Source of the DNA: Adineta vaga
Lineage: Eukaryota > Animalia > Rotifera
DNA: 64,000 bases
Assembly: GCA_021613535.1 (NCBI GenBank)
Contig: CP075493.1
Coordinates: 3,472,001 to 3,536,000 of the forward strand
Direction of reading: 5' to 3'
Program-made: the position numbers and the translations under genes
In this document: positions 1 through 14,008 of the stretch, piece after piece
Layout of the letters: each line of letters starts with the position of its first letter
Position numbering within the stretch: the first letter of the stretch is position 1
Notes under the pieces: generated by a model
Databases searched by the model: none
What the model was told of the DNA's origin: nothing
Seen by the model: only the letters and a program-made list of their open reading frames with translations

Positions 1-15
1 ACTGAACTAACTGGC

Positions 16-3000
16 TCAACGCCACATATGACAAGTAATGAGAAAAAAGATTAAACTTGTGTCAATATCTTCATTACATACATCTGTCTCTTTACAATCT
101 TTTCGTTTGTGTATTTTTAATCCAACATAGAATCTGGGTGGAGTTTCATGAATATTTTCAATATTATTTGTAGTAAAAGAAACCCTTAGTATAACTGATA
201 TCAATTAGAAGATAAAAGAACATTGTCTAGTCAATCTATTGTTTTGATTTAGCTGTCTATTATCTTGAGAGAAAAACTATGTGAAGAACAAAAGCTTGAA
301 TATAATGTTGATGAAAAGAGCAACATATCGAGATAATGTACATATCATCTTTGAAAATATTATCATCATCATCATCAATGATTGTTTATTACTATATTTC
401 TCCTGAGATGTATCTTTAAGTTAATATATATGTATCGAATCCATTTCTTCTCTTCTCTTCTTTCTCTCTGTTTCTTTATGCTTAACTTGACACCAAAGAT
501 AAATCAAGATATACATATGGATTAAATCAAATGATAGGAGAAAGTTCATTTGAACATCTCTCTCTCACTCACTCTCCTTCAATCATCACTGAAAACGTAT
601 GTAAAGAATGAAGGACAACTGTATTGTAGTCTAACCCTATTTGATACAATTTGACCTTCTTTCTGCGCATTTGATCATATATATAAAAGAAAGAAAACTA
701 AATAGTGAGAAAGTAAATGTGCTCGACCTTGTTCGTAGGAAAGAATAAAGTATCTTCTTATCTCATATATATTCTATAATTATTCTTTTTCACACGTATA
801 TGTTGATATTTTCATCAGTATAACGAGAATTCGTTGGAAAAAGAAAATCTTTCATTGTCACTTACCTGTTTTGTTATTCTTCAGAATTTGTTCATCTTCA
901 TCTGATGAAAAAAGTGATTCTAAAGTAATATCATATCTTGAAACGATTGTACTACGATGAAGATGAATTATATTAGATATTGAATCAATCGGAAGATTGA
1001 TTGTCTATAAATAACAATGAAAAAACTTTTCGTCATAAATTAAATCTTTTCACTACTTGTCCAATACTATTGAAATTTTTCATCAATAAATGTGCATATT
1101 CTTCTACTTTCTCAAGCAGATTTGCATAACGTCTTAAAAGAAAAGAGATTATCAGTGAAGTTTTTACTCGTTATATTTATTCTTACTTATCAAATAATTC
1201 TACTTTCTTTAAAACTATGAATGAAGCTCGTTGACCATTCGATGAAATTGGTCGTCGTTTTGATACAATTGGATTTAAATCACATAACGAGAAACGAAAA
1301 TGTTTCAAAATTTTGTCATGCATCTATATGATCATGGTGAAAAAACGAGTTTTTTTTTCATAAAATATTAACACAAAGATTTTTCACATGCAGCAATAAC
1401 ATGCGAACTACAAAGAATGATTTCTTTTTTTGTCTTCAAATAAATCACATGCTTTATAGATAACATTCGTATTACCTTAACTTCTTCGATGAATTTGACA
1501 GCTACATCATTCATATGTTCGACAGATTGAGCTTGAAAAAGAATATCTTTGAATAAATCCTGAAAATAAACTGTAGAAATCAAAGAAAAAGAGACTCGAA
1601 TTAATGGTATTTTACATTAACAGTTAGAACTATTCGATGAAGTCTATGGGGATCATTAGTAATGGGTTCAAGAATTTGTATTCGACTTTGAAGATGATTC
1701 AAAGCATTTTCTTCATTTTGAAATAGATTGTGAAACGATCGATGTGATTCAATAATTTGAAGTATCGATCGTTTTCTAAAACAAAACAAAAAAAGAAGCA
1801 ATTCAAAGGTGAAGAAAGAAACCTTGTAAATGCATAGGAAAACAAAAGACCTTTGATAGATTTCTGAAGTAATTCGTTTCCATCGTGTTGCTGATTGTTC
1901 GCTAATACGAATTAATCTTTCATTACAAAGTTGTTCACTATATCGGAGAAGTTCTTTAATCGACTTCTCCAATGTTTGCAATTGATTATTAAGTTCATTA
2001 AGTTCATTAAATTGATGATGAATTAAATCTTCATCATCGATAAGTGATGATTGAGAAACTAAACGTGTTTCTAATTCAATGATTTGAGATGTTAAATTAT
2101 TTAAAAGATTTAAAGCTGTATCAGCGATATCTAATCTAAATTTCCAAAGAATAAAAATATGACATATATGAGAAACGAAATATTTATAATTTACTTTTCG
2201 GAATAATTTTTCGATGTAGTGAAAAGATTTTGAACATGATCAGATGTTTGATTAACTAAGGAGCGTAATTCTTGATGTGAAGAAGAATTTGATTCTTGTA
2301 GATATTGTTTTCGAATATTTTGAATTTGATTTGCTTGTGAAAGGAGATCATTTTCGAAATTCTAAAGAATCAAAACAAAAAAAAAAGTAAATTAACGAAT
2401 TTCTTTCTCTTTATTTTCGTAATATTATTCCTCTTCTTCTCGAATCACTCGTGTAGACAGGGAATTTGTTTGAAATGGAATATGCTTTATACGAGTATTG
2501 GATATGGATTGATTCTTATTCAATTGATCAGCTGAACAATTTCGTACGATTGATCGTGTTTCGATATAGGTAATATTTGAAGGACCTAGTAAGGTAGAAC
2601 TTGAATTATTTCTGTCTAAGACAGGACAAGAACCGTAATGTTGCTGTTCTTTAGTCATATGTTTATGAGAATGCCTTTCGAATTCTTCGGTTTTATGTCG
2701 ACGATGTCGACGTTTATGACGACGATGTGGACGATTGAAATGTATACGAAGATTAATTCCACGTTCATTCGTTGTTACACTGGGAAGTTTCGGTAGAAGT
2801 TGATCAAGTGATGAATAGTGAATTGGTAGTACACGATAATAACCATTATTTATTGAACTTGGCGAAGATGTACTGCTTGTTGTCGATGAGATATGTTGAA
2901 GATGTGTTTTATATTGAGCATCGGTATCGGAAGAATAGAAATCATTGACGATTATAAACAGGACGAACCGGCAAATGTCGGCATGTTGCTGTTGATGAGC

Positions 3001-6000
3001 GTTTGTTATGTCGATGATCGGCAGATGAGGTAGAAAAAGAGCGGTACATCACTTGTTCACACAACTGATTATCTAATGAACACAAGTTCTCAATCTACGC
3101 AAACGATGATGGCAATTGGATGCATATGCTCTCTACCGCACATACTGCTGCTATTATGATTTGTTGAGTAACCAATCTGACCGTTAATCTCAATGATATC
3201 ACCAGATTCTTTTCGTAGTATTCGATTCGAGAACGTCTATCTTATGTAATTTTCTAGTTTTTTTTGTCCACATTTGTCGAGACATTCATGTACAGAAAGA
3301 GAGAGTATAAAAGAAAAGAAAGAGAAAACTCTTTCATTGCCTTGACAAAAAAAACATAAGGCATATTACTGTTGATGAGCAACTATTATTATTATTATCT
3401 AATCTATATTTTCTTTTTATCTTTCTCTCGTTTTTTTTTCTTCTTTTTCATTAACAAATCCAACTGACTTGCTGTCTTATAATTGACTAAATGATAGACG
3501 GATACATATCGATGTTTAACACTTGATAGCTCAAGTACGTTTTCTAATAAGACGATGTGCATGTATTCGTCGAAAAAGTAAACTTGTCTTCTATACTTTC
3601 GGTTATTTCTTTTCTTTTTTATGCTAATTCCTAGACGAAGTTTTAATGAAATAAATCATGCATTATCTAACCTTATGTTGTTTATAGAGAATCGAAAGAT
3701 CATCAGAAGTTATGGATGAATTTGTTTGAAGTAAGTGATCAATACGTTCTTGAATTAATTGATGATACGTCGTTAGAATTGTATCAATGAAACGAAGTTC
3801 TTTAATCAAATCTTTTGAATGTAATTGACTCGAACCTATACAAACAAAATTTCACATTAATGTTTTGGAAAACGGGAAAACGCCTACCAACGGTGTTTTG
3901 TTGTGGAGAAACAATCGTATCTCGAAAATCACCGGTGACAATTACATTCAACTGTTCAATACTTGGTGATTTTGACGTATAAACCTGTAAATAAAATGTT
4001 TAAATATCATATCTATTGAATACAACGAAATCTTTTACTGTTGATATAATTTGTGATTTCATATTTAGTGATATTAACTGACAATGAGTCATTTAGTCGA
4101 AAGAATGCTTCGAGGAAAAAAAACATTTTCCATTTCCTGTCTCGTATATATGCATGTCATTGAAGAGAAACATCGATTGATTAGACTCTTATATATATAT
4201 ATATATATGAAGTATAGAATTATTGTTAAGAATAGCCTTGGATACAAGAATTCAAAATATTTTCTATCTAATTGGAATCTGAAGATTCCCATTATGAGAC
4301 GAGAAAAAACTTCGATAGTAATATGCATATCCTAGGGTCTGGTTAGATTATAAATAGAATAGAAAGAAAATTTTTACCATAATATTGTCTGTAATTGTTA
4401 TAAACTAATCAGACATTTACCATATGAAAAACTCGTCATCTATTATGATGAACTTGACAGATTTATCCAGTCAGACTAACTTCCTATGGGAAGTACAGAA
4501 TAGTAATATTCGTCTAATGGATATGAAAATCTAATCTTGGCTTTCTCAGCATGAATGATATCATCAATGAACTAGACAACTGTCTTTCTTTAAAAGGTCT
4601 TGTCAAGTGATGTCTGAAGAAAGAGACAGAAAACTCTACCTGCTGTTCTAGTATTGTTTGTTGCATTCCATTCGTAATTGTTGGTGATGAAGTTAAATGT
4701 ATATCAATCCGTAAATTTAATTGATTGATTCTTTCCAAAACCATTCGTGTTTGCTCATTGGGTAATGATAATGTATGACAATGATTGATCATTTGTTCTA
4801 GTTTTATTTGTATTTCATTAATATAATGTTTTCGAGAATGATGATCATATTGTTTTGACTATGTATAAAATCAAAAGTTAAAAAGATTCTTTTTCTTCAA
4901 AAACAAACTTTTATTTCAATGTTAGTTATATCGTGTTCAATTGAATCGAGATCATGTTTTAATTCTTTATATTTCTTTAGATCAATTTCAGTTTGAGTTA
5001 TCGTCACCTCAAGTTTATTCCACGCTAAATTAATTGAATGAATATCTGGTTGTAATGATTCATTAACTTGTAAAATCTAAAAACAAAAAGAGAATAGATT
5101 GAATAAAAGATAAATGGAAACTAGAGATCAATTTTACTTCGAATTCTGCATCGATCGATTTCAATCGATGAAATAATCCAGTATATTTCGATAATTCATC
5201 ATATTTAATCTTGTGAAAACTATCTTCAAATGTTTGAAATTCTTCGAATGTTTGAAATTTAATTTCACGTTTGAGAAAATCCATTTTCATTCGTAACCAT
5301 TGCAAAACATCAGTAGAGAGTGTATTATATTCATACAATAATTCACCTTCACGATGAATCTATCAGAGAATCAAATGATAATTACGCATAAAAATTATTT
5401 GCAAAACAATCCATACTCGATTCTGTTCTTCATGAAATGGATGAATGGGTACAATAGAACAAGCTTTGTAAAGATGAGAAATGTATAGAAGAATACTTTT
5501 TTCATCAGGTTCATCAGAATCAACATCTGATAAAAGAAAGTTAAATGAATGATTGAGTTCATTTGAAAGATATGAATTTACCTTCAGGATCGATTAGTTT
5601 TGTAATTCCATAATGTTTTTCAGCGAAATCAAAGGCATAAGTAAGATTTTCTCGATTGGATGAACGATATACTTGTTTGATATCAATTAATGTCGAACTG
5701 GAACAAAAAAAAAAGAATGATCGAATAGAAAAGAAAAGATGAAACTGTAACGAACTTATGTCGATGAAGTATAATAAGAAAGGCTCGACCATTTCTCCAT
5801 GAATATGTAAAATCATCAATTGAAATTCCTGGATAATCTTGACAATGTTGTCGAGCCCATAATAATAATCTCGTTCGGTAATTCGATGGAATTTGATCAA
5901 GAATTACTTTTTTTGTTGAAGTTTTTAATGTTAATGAATCTGATGACATAGAATGTTGATGATTGATTGGAATACTTTCATCCGATGCAAATAATGTTCC

Positions 6001-6641
6001 ATCAGAAAACTATAGAAAACAGTCATGAGCAATTTTCTTAAATCTCATAATTATTAAATTTACTTGAAAATGAAGAATAATTCTCCAAATCAATCCTAAT
6101 GTTAATTTTGGATTTCCATTAACTAATTCTTCCGGACGAATATTAACCAAACGAATCTAATTAATTACAAAATAAACAAATAAAAAGAATCTTCTTTATT
6201 ATAGTGTTGATTTTGACTTACATTATGATCTAATTCAAGAGATTGAAGACATTGTTGAATATTTCTTAAAGCATGAAATTTCGATGTACCACGTTCTCTT
6301 GGCTAAATTTAAAAGAAGTTCTTCTTCCAAAACTAATCGATTCAACTTACAATCGTTTGATTCGTAAATATTTCTAATAAAGTTAATAGTAAATGTCCAT
6401 CGCGTAGATCAATAAATAAATCATCAACGTATAAACCATTTCGTTTTGAAAGATAAAAATTCATCCATTTTGTAAACGTTTTTTTCTGTACTGCATCACG
6501 TTGATCAGCTACTTGAAGAACTTTTCGATCAGCTAGATCTAAGGATAAGACAGAGATCGGTTTTTCTAATATCCAATCTTGTTCATTTATATCAGGAAAA
6601 TAATGATTATTATTATCATCGACGACCATTTCGATTGGCAT
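16..6641 (-). CDS. Plectin/spectraplakin-like multi-exon gene: tandem CH actin-binding domain and start of plakin region, then divergent; may run off the left edge
   Basis: CH1 '[37 protein letters not shown]' (6342-6641); CH2 '[37 protein letters not shown]', '[19 protein letters not shown]'; plakin-like '[15 protein letters not shown]', 'AWNKLE'; many GT-AG introns. The exon chain at 3200-4500 and an apparent frameshift near 2945 are uncertain. Confidence 0.75.
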
Positions 6642-7976
6642 CTAAAATAGACAATGATATGAAACTAAATGAATCAATATTGAAACATTTGGCATTCATC
6701 AGACAGACATGATTTATAATATCGAATGAGAAAAGAAAAAGTGATGAAAAACAAGATGCGACGTGCTTTAATTTCATAAAATGTGACGACCTTTCGACCG
6801 TTCTATATACAAAAGCTTCCGTTCATTAAATGTTTATTTTGATAAAAGACGAATGTGAGGTGCTAAATCAATTGATTGTTTACCAAAATTTACTTCTCTA
6901 TTTGCTTTCATATATACAATGTTCAAAAGAACAATCACTTGTATTGTACCCTCATTCTCTCTTTTCTAATTTCTATCATTTTCATCTCCAGGATAGACAT
7001 ATGTCTAAGTAACACTTTTGATTCAATTCAATCATTCGTCTAAAGAAAAGATGAATAGTGCCAGTCAAATAAAGAGGTAGTAGTGTACACATATATGCAT
7101 ATATACAAGCTGAAGAAACATATGGTCTGTGAGATGAATAAGAAGAACTTAAGCCAATAAGATCAATCCGATTTTAATAGTGATAACAGATTACTATTAA
7201 AGATCATTTGATTGATGACATGATAAAACAAACAATCTGAACGTGATGTATCCAAACGAAAGTATCGACTTTAATTACAAACAATAAATCTTTGAATGTA
7301 TTTATAATATACAAAGAAATAATGATCAAAAACATATGTGAATACTAACGACATCAGACTATATGAAGCAATGATATGAAATGAAATCTAATACAGACCT
7401 AAATACAATAAGAATCATTAAGAAATGAATCAAATCAACAGAGAAGACATACGTTGATGATCATCATAACCAATGATGTAAATAATTAGATATTGGATGA
7501 AGATAGAGCGAGTCTCTTTTGTTTTTTTTTATTGTTCTTTACAACTAATCTGTAAGCGAAATTTCTATCGTGTTAGAATTTTTACTTGATTAATTTTCTT
7601 TTCATTGCTATTTTCTTTTCCATATCGATCAATCAAGTGATAAGTTATTGTGAAAAGAAAGAAATTAATCTTCCATTTGTTGAAAATATTTTTACGAGGA
7701 GAAAAGAAATGCGATATAAATTATCGGAAGAAATAATTCCATAAAGATTTGTCAAAAATCGTAACTTTATCTTACAGGAAAAACGATCAAAACTCAATTA
7801 TTAGAATAGAAATCTAAGATGTTCCATATTTTTCTGAGAATGTTCTCGATATTTATTTTTTATTCTTTTTTTCATCTCAATGAAATTTTCGTTCTTGTTG
7901 TTCAAGTACAATCACAGATGACAAATCAACGAAAACAACAAAAACAAGAAAATAATCGTTCTTTTTTTCTTCGGTT

Positions 7977-8711
7977 TTATAATTGATAACCATATTTTTG
8001 AAGGACAGCAAGATGTTTTGCAACTTGTGGTTTTGAACTTAATTTTTTTGTTGCATCTGCTTTCAATTTTTTCAATTCACGTTGTCGTAAATAATAATGT
8101 TTGGCCTTAATTTTACGTTTCTTTTCTAATGTTGCAACAACTGTTTGATATTGCCAGCCAACTTCAGTTGATAAACGACCAAGTTCAGTGAAACGACGAC
8201 GTGGTTTAAGTCGTAATGTACGTAAAGCACTTGGAACAATCATACGTTTCTTTTTATCATATGGTGTTGGAATACCTTCGAAAGCACGAAGACGTACTAA
8301 AGCTTGTTTTCCACGTTCAGTTTTATGTGGAACCATGCCTCGGACAATTCGTGTAAAGATCTTTGATGGTGCACGAAAATGAAATGGACCACGTGCTGGA
8401 TTGATGTTACAACGTTTACGAAGAAATTCCAAATATTTAAGTTTATTTCGATAGAATGATCCACTAATATTTAAACCTTCACATCGAACAATGACAACAT
8501 TATGACCTTGGAGGATAGTTTTGGCGACAGTAGCTGCCAAACGACCAATTAAATGACCACGACCATCGATAATGATTGATTGAGCACGGAAGCCAACAGG
8601 TTGTAACTAAAATAGATAGAAAATCAACAAATATATATATATATCTTAAACAATTTATTTTAAGTTCAAAGAACATACAGCTTTCTTGCGGGCAAGGATT
8701 GTTTTTGGCAT
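7977..8711 (-). CDS. RPL13A: 60S ribosomal protein L13a (exons 8711-8679, 8606-7977; 220 aa)
   Basis: [19 protein letters not shown], '[16 protein letters not shown]', '[10 protein letters not shown]'; 72-nt GT-AG intron restores the N-terminus [11 protein letters not shown]. Confidence 0.97.
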
Positions 8712-9313
8712 CCTAATTGATCGAAAACAATATCTGAAAATGAAAAGAAAAGTTCACGATTTAATCTATACAAAGAAAATCAACTAGGTCAAATGAGAAA
8801 TCACTACTCAAACTTTTCTTCTTAGTAACAAAAAAAAAGCGAAGAAGAGATATTGTACTGGTCAGTTGAATTTCTCTAGTTACTGATCTTTCTCATTCGA
8901 AAAGAAATAAATAAATAACTCGCAACACTCTCGTCAGTCTGTTTCTTATTGATTCATGAGCAACCAAACAAAATAATCCTTCGTTTACCAACTGTTCTCT
9001 CATATATCAATTACCGAGAAATTCTATTCGAAAAATTGCATTGAAAAAATTTTTTTCATTAAGAAAAAATCAATATTTTAAAAAAATGAGAAAATTTTCT
9101 TAAAATGAATTTTTTCTTTTCGTTGAAATCGAGCGACCTCTATTTCTACCAATCATACTCGTTTACTCGTTTTGTCTTGTCTGTCTGTCTCTTTTTTTTC
9201 CGTTTGTTTTGTAGACATAAATATATCGATGTAACTATCAAGCTAAATCATATGTGTTTTTTTTTCATTTCAGAAGAAAATCATTAAATTAACCAACTAG
9301 GTTTTCTCTTCCT

Positions 9314-11220
9314 ATGCTAATTCGACTGATATTTTCTCTTCTGATCTTATGTTCATCAATTCAATCATTTATTTCTGCACTTCATTTACATGGTCATTAT
9401 TCCAGTAAAGAATTCTTTCGTCTATTAACTAAATTCGGTATACAAAAAACTGATCAACATCGACCAGATGATACATTCGGATATATCTATGGAAATATAA
9501 CATTAGATTGTTCAAGAAACAATTGTTCATCAACTAAAAATCTCTTATTTCTTATACTTGATTATGATTATTTTCTACCTGTATATAAAAAACAACGAAC
9601 ACAATCATGTTCTGATATGATGAAACAAATTGAAACAATTGCATTTGATCGGCAATGTAATGATCGAGGAACTGAAGATTTTTGGCGACGAATACCCTGT
9701 GAACAGGGACAATTATGTCCCGATGAAGATCAACCAAAGAATGTTATACAAAATCAACAATTTACATTTAAAATACGAGATATCAATCAACCAAGGTTTG
9801 TTTTCATCTCTAATAACTTCATTTTTTTTACTCAGATACAAAATCAATCATCATATCAAAGATATTATTTTAGGATTGATTCTTCAAGGTAGAGAGGATT
9901 TAATAATATTTGAAATTGATACTGATATCATTAGTGAGAAAATGTTGATTTATACGGATGTGATTATGTTAAGTCAACTGATCGTGATGTTTTCCGTTGA
10001 TTATAGAACTTCTCTGAAATGATTTTTTTTCTCTCTCGTTCTTATAGATTCTGGTATTTAAGTTTAATATCATGTTATCGGCATCCAACTACATGTCTAT
10101 GGGAAAAACTCGATGATGATTTAGAAATCATCTATGATATTTGGATTGTTAACGGAAATCCTGAAAGTAAAACACGTGATAATCGTTTTGAATATCATTT
10201 TTCCTATGATATTCATGATCTTGTTGAAGTTTATATCGTTTGTATATTGCTTTATTTATTTATTCCATTACCATTTGTTCTAATTAAAATTCGTTCATTA
10301 ACATATATTAAACATCCAATCTTAATCTCTTATTTCTTATTTCAAATCTTATTCTTTATTGGAAATACTTTTAATTTAATGCATTATTTTATTTTTGCCT
10401 ATAATGGAATTGGAATACATTTATTAGTACATATTGGAAATCTAATTACAATTGTTGGAGAATCTATACTCATTCTTTTATTGTTATTCATTGCGAAAGG
10501 TAATAGTTTTTTGTCTAGTCATTCGTTCGTTTGTAGAAGATCAATTATTTTTTTAGGGTGGCTTGTTAATACATCTGTACTTCGTCAAGGAAAGAAGACA
10601 GTCATTTTATTCCTTCTCTATACAATTGCATGTTGTTCTTGTTATATTTTAAGTATTATAACAATCAATCCTGTGATTGATTCCAATCATTATCAAACAT
10701 TTGCAAATTATTTTTCCTTATTATTTCGTTGTTTCGTCATGTTTCTATTCGTATTCGAATTAAAAGAAACGACACAAGAAGAAAAAAACTTTGAAAAATT
10801 ACAATTTTTTCATCATTTTGGTGCCTGTTGTATGGTAAGCGAATACTGCATTGAAAAGAATAAAGTTTCTTTGAATTACTTTTCTTCAAGGTTTGGTTCA
10901 TTTATCCAACTGCATTAATATTTATAATGTCCTTTGTTACTGAACTTTATCGAGTGAAATTAATTATAAGTGTTGTTACATTGGTGAATTTTCTAAGTAT
11001 ATTAATTATCTCTTATATACTTTTTTCTCCGAAAACATTTTTAAATCTACCAAAAATTTCGTCAATTAAACATAAAGATCGATTCTTACAGCAAACAACT
11101 GACACTAATGGATATCATAAAACTACTATTACCGAACATGACGAAGACGATGAAGAAGATGATATCGAAGTCTACGGTCCATCTCATCTTCTTCTAAATA
11201 ATTCAAATCAACATAGTTGA
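9314..11220 (+). CDS. TMEM145/GPR180-family 7TM protein (exons 9314-9795, 10048-10499, 10557-10834, 10891-11220)
   Basis: Signal peptide, 'LTKFGIQKT..FGYIYGNIT', 'QPRFWYLSLISC', 'NGNP..FEYHFSYD', multiple TM helices; splice phases consistent. Confidence 0.85.
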
Positions 11221-11522
11221 TAATAATTTCATTCTTCTTTTGGATGTAAATATATATATATCCACACACAGTGAACAACAATGAGTTATTCGATTCGAAA
11301 TGTCTTTCAAACAACTGATCAAGAAAGAAAATATTTAGTTCATTGTCCCCGTTTTCTTCTTTATTATTTATTTTCATTTTCTGTTGTTGTTGTTGTTGTT
11401 GTTATTGTTGTATTTACTAAAATTATAAACGGTATATTTGTTTTTCTTTGTTTGTTTGTTCTCTTGTGTTTTTAGATGATTGAAAAGTATCTCGATTGTG
11501 ATGTTTATATCGAACAAAAACG

Positions 11523-14008
11523 ATGAATTCAACTAATGGTTCTCATTCATCATCGATAATGGATCATGAAATCAATGGTTTGTCTTGATATGTTTCGTTT
11601 TTATTCCTAGCCTTATTATTTCAGTGAGTATAAGAATAGAATGAATTAAAATTCGTAAGTATGTAAGTAATTTCTTTGTAGTATTAAATAACCTTGTAAA
11701 TAAAAGAGCGATTTACTTACATTTCATTTCTTGAGAGAAGTCCTTCATTCTTCAGTTGAAATTCTCCTAAGTTTGTATTATCTTATGTATTATAGAAGAA
11801 ACATTGATTTTGATTTTTTCATTTAGATACAACCAAACATGATCCAAACTTGATGATAATAATACCAATACATCGATTAATAAGCGTATAAAATCCAATA
11901 CTATTGTTTTAATTCCTGTCAATGAAACACAATCGATGAAAGGAATAAATCGGAAATCGAAATCAATCGATATGAAGACAAAAAAACTTCTTCATAGCGA
12001 TTCGAATAATAATACAAATTCAATAAAAAAAGTTCAAGAACAAATACATTCTTCTTCTTCCGAACACATTCCGTCAACATCAACAAATGCTTGTCAATCA
12101 TGTAGCGAAGATCGTAATGAACTGATCTTATGTGACAGTTGTCAAGGAACATTTTCTCATCGTTGTACGAAAGATTCATTTCTTTGTGATAATTGTCGAT
12201 CGAAAAGAAAATCAACTGATGAAAAAGAGAAACAACAAAAACTTATTTTACCATTTAATTTTACACCAAAAAAGAATTTACATATGAATGGTTTGAAAAA
12301 AAATCAAAAAGAACAGATCAAATTATCGACAGGTAAACGAATAAATTAAACGATTATTTCATTATCGAACTATTTGTTTAGCATCCAATGTTGAACCTTT
12401 AGTTCAACCATCGGGAGAGATTAAATTTCGTGCAATTAATAAAAGTGAATTTTCATCAAATCTCAAACGAAAACGAAATGATTCATCATCTCCACCACCA
12501 CCATCATCATCATCATCATCATCCACAAGCCTTCCAAATCCAACATCAATTTCTAATACTCAATTAAATATGTTACATCATTTATTTATTTCAAATCAAT
12601 CTGAAGAATTCAAAGCTCCGTCTTCATCATCGAACAATCTAATACTTCAAAAATTTTGTTTTATATGTCGAAAACCATCGATTAAACAAGGTCCATCAAT
12701 ACATTGTGATTATTGTCCATTGATATATCATCTGGACTGTTTAACACCACGATTAATTTCATTACCCAATGAAAAATGGATGTGTCCAAACCATGTCGAA
12801 CCTACTTTAGATCGTTATTTATTCAATAGAATAGATCATTCGATGAATCAACGAGTGAAGATTTGTCAACCATGTTCTTCAATGAAACAGGATATAATTG
12901 CACAAGATTTTAATCAAAGGAAACAAACGAAAAATTATTTTTTACTAAATACAATTCACAATCATCGATTGGAACGTGTAGATATTAGTCACATACCGGA
13001 AACTATCGCAGAATTTTATTCTAAGATCAATTCAGAACAAAGACAAATCCGTGAAATTTCAAAAGATAATCTCAAAAAAGAAATGAATTATCAGGTAAAA
13101 ATCAAATACGAGTACTAAATAGATGAATTGACTTAATTTAAATCTTTCTATTTTGATTTAGACAATTCTTCCTTCCAATGAAATCTCATCGACATATGAT
13201 CCATGCGTTTGGGATACACTACAAGACATTCTTAATGATATTATTAATGAAGATTTTTATAAATTCTCATCTATAGAATCTGTATCTATTGAGAATGATC
13301 ATAGTCTAATAGAATCTAGATCAACAATTGAAAATAATACACTCGATACAATCGATGTATTATTACAAGCTTTAGATGAACCTCATTATACTATCACTGA
13401 ATCTACAGAAAATAAATTAAATAATCTCAATCTTACTCTTACTTCTACAAATTTGTCGAAAGATAAATCAAATCTGTAAGCAAAATTTCATTGTTAATCA
13501 TTCATTTCTATATCTTTATGAATGTATGTTTTTTTCTAGAATATCATTAACAAATTCTTTCTCATTAATAAATGATCTTTCAGAATTTCATTCATCTCAT
13601 GCAGCTTTAATTCATTTATCTACTCAACATGTTATCTATCTACGTAAACATACGATTTGGTTTGGTTCATCGTCTAATAATGATATTTGTTTAACTGAGT
13701 TGAATTCGCTACATTCTTGTCAATATATATCCGAACGACATGCTTGTTTATATTATGATCGAAAACGTAATTTATTTGAATTATTAAATTATAGTGAATA
13801 TGGAACAATTGTCAATGATCTTCGTTATGGTTTAGAATTTGATTTGAATTCAATGAAGAAAATTGAGAATGAAAATCAACATCAATGTTCTTGTTTAACG
13901 AAATCTTTCGATCAACCAGCATGGGATGGACCTGCTTTAATCGAACAAGGAACAGTAATTGACATTGGATGTCATCAATTTCTCTTTTACCGGCATATTG
14001 TCCGATAG
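11523..14008 (+). CDS. PHF12: PHF12-like protein (degenerate PHD1, PHD2, C-terminal FHA domain); 5' end uncertain or disrupted
   Basis: 'CFICRK..IHCDYCPLIYHLDCLTP..WMCPNH' PHD; FHA 'CQYISERHACLYYD..FELLNYSEYGTIVN..WDGPALIEQGTVIDIGCHQFLF'; introns near 12333-12381, 13094-13161 and 13476-13539. Confidence 0.8.
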
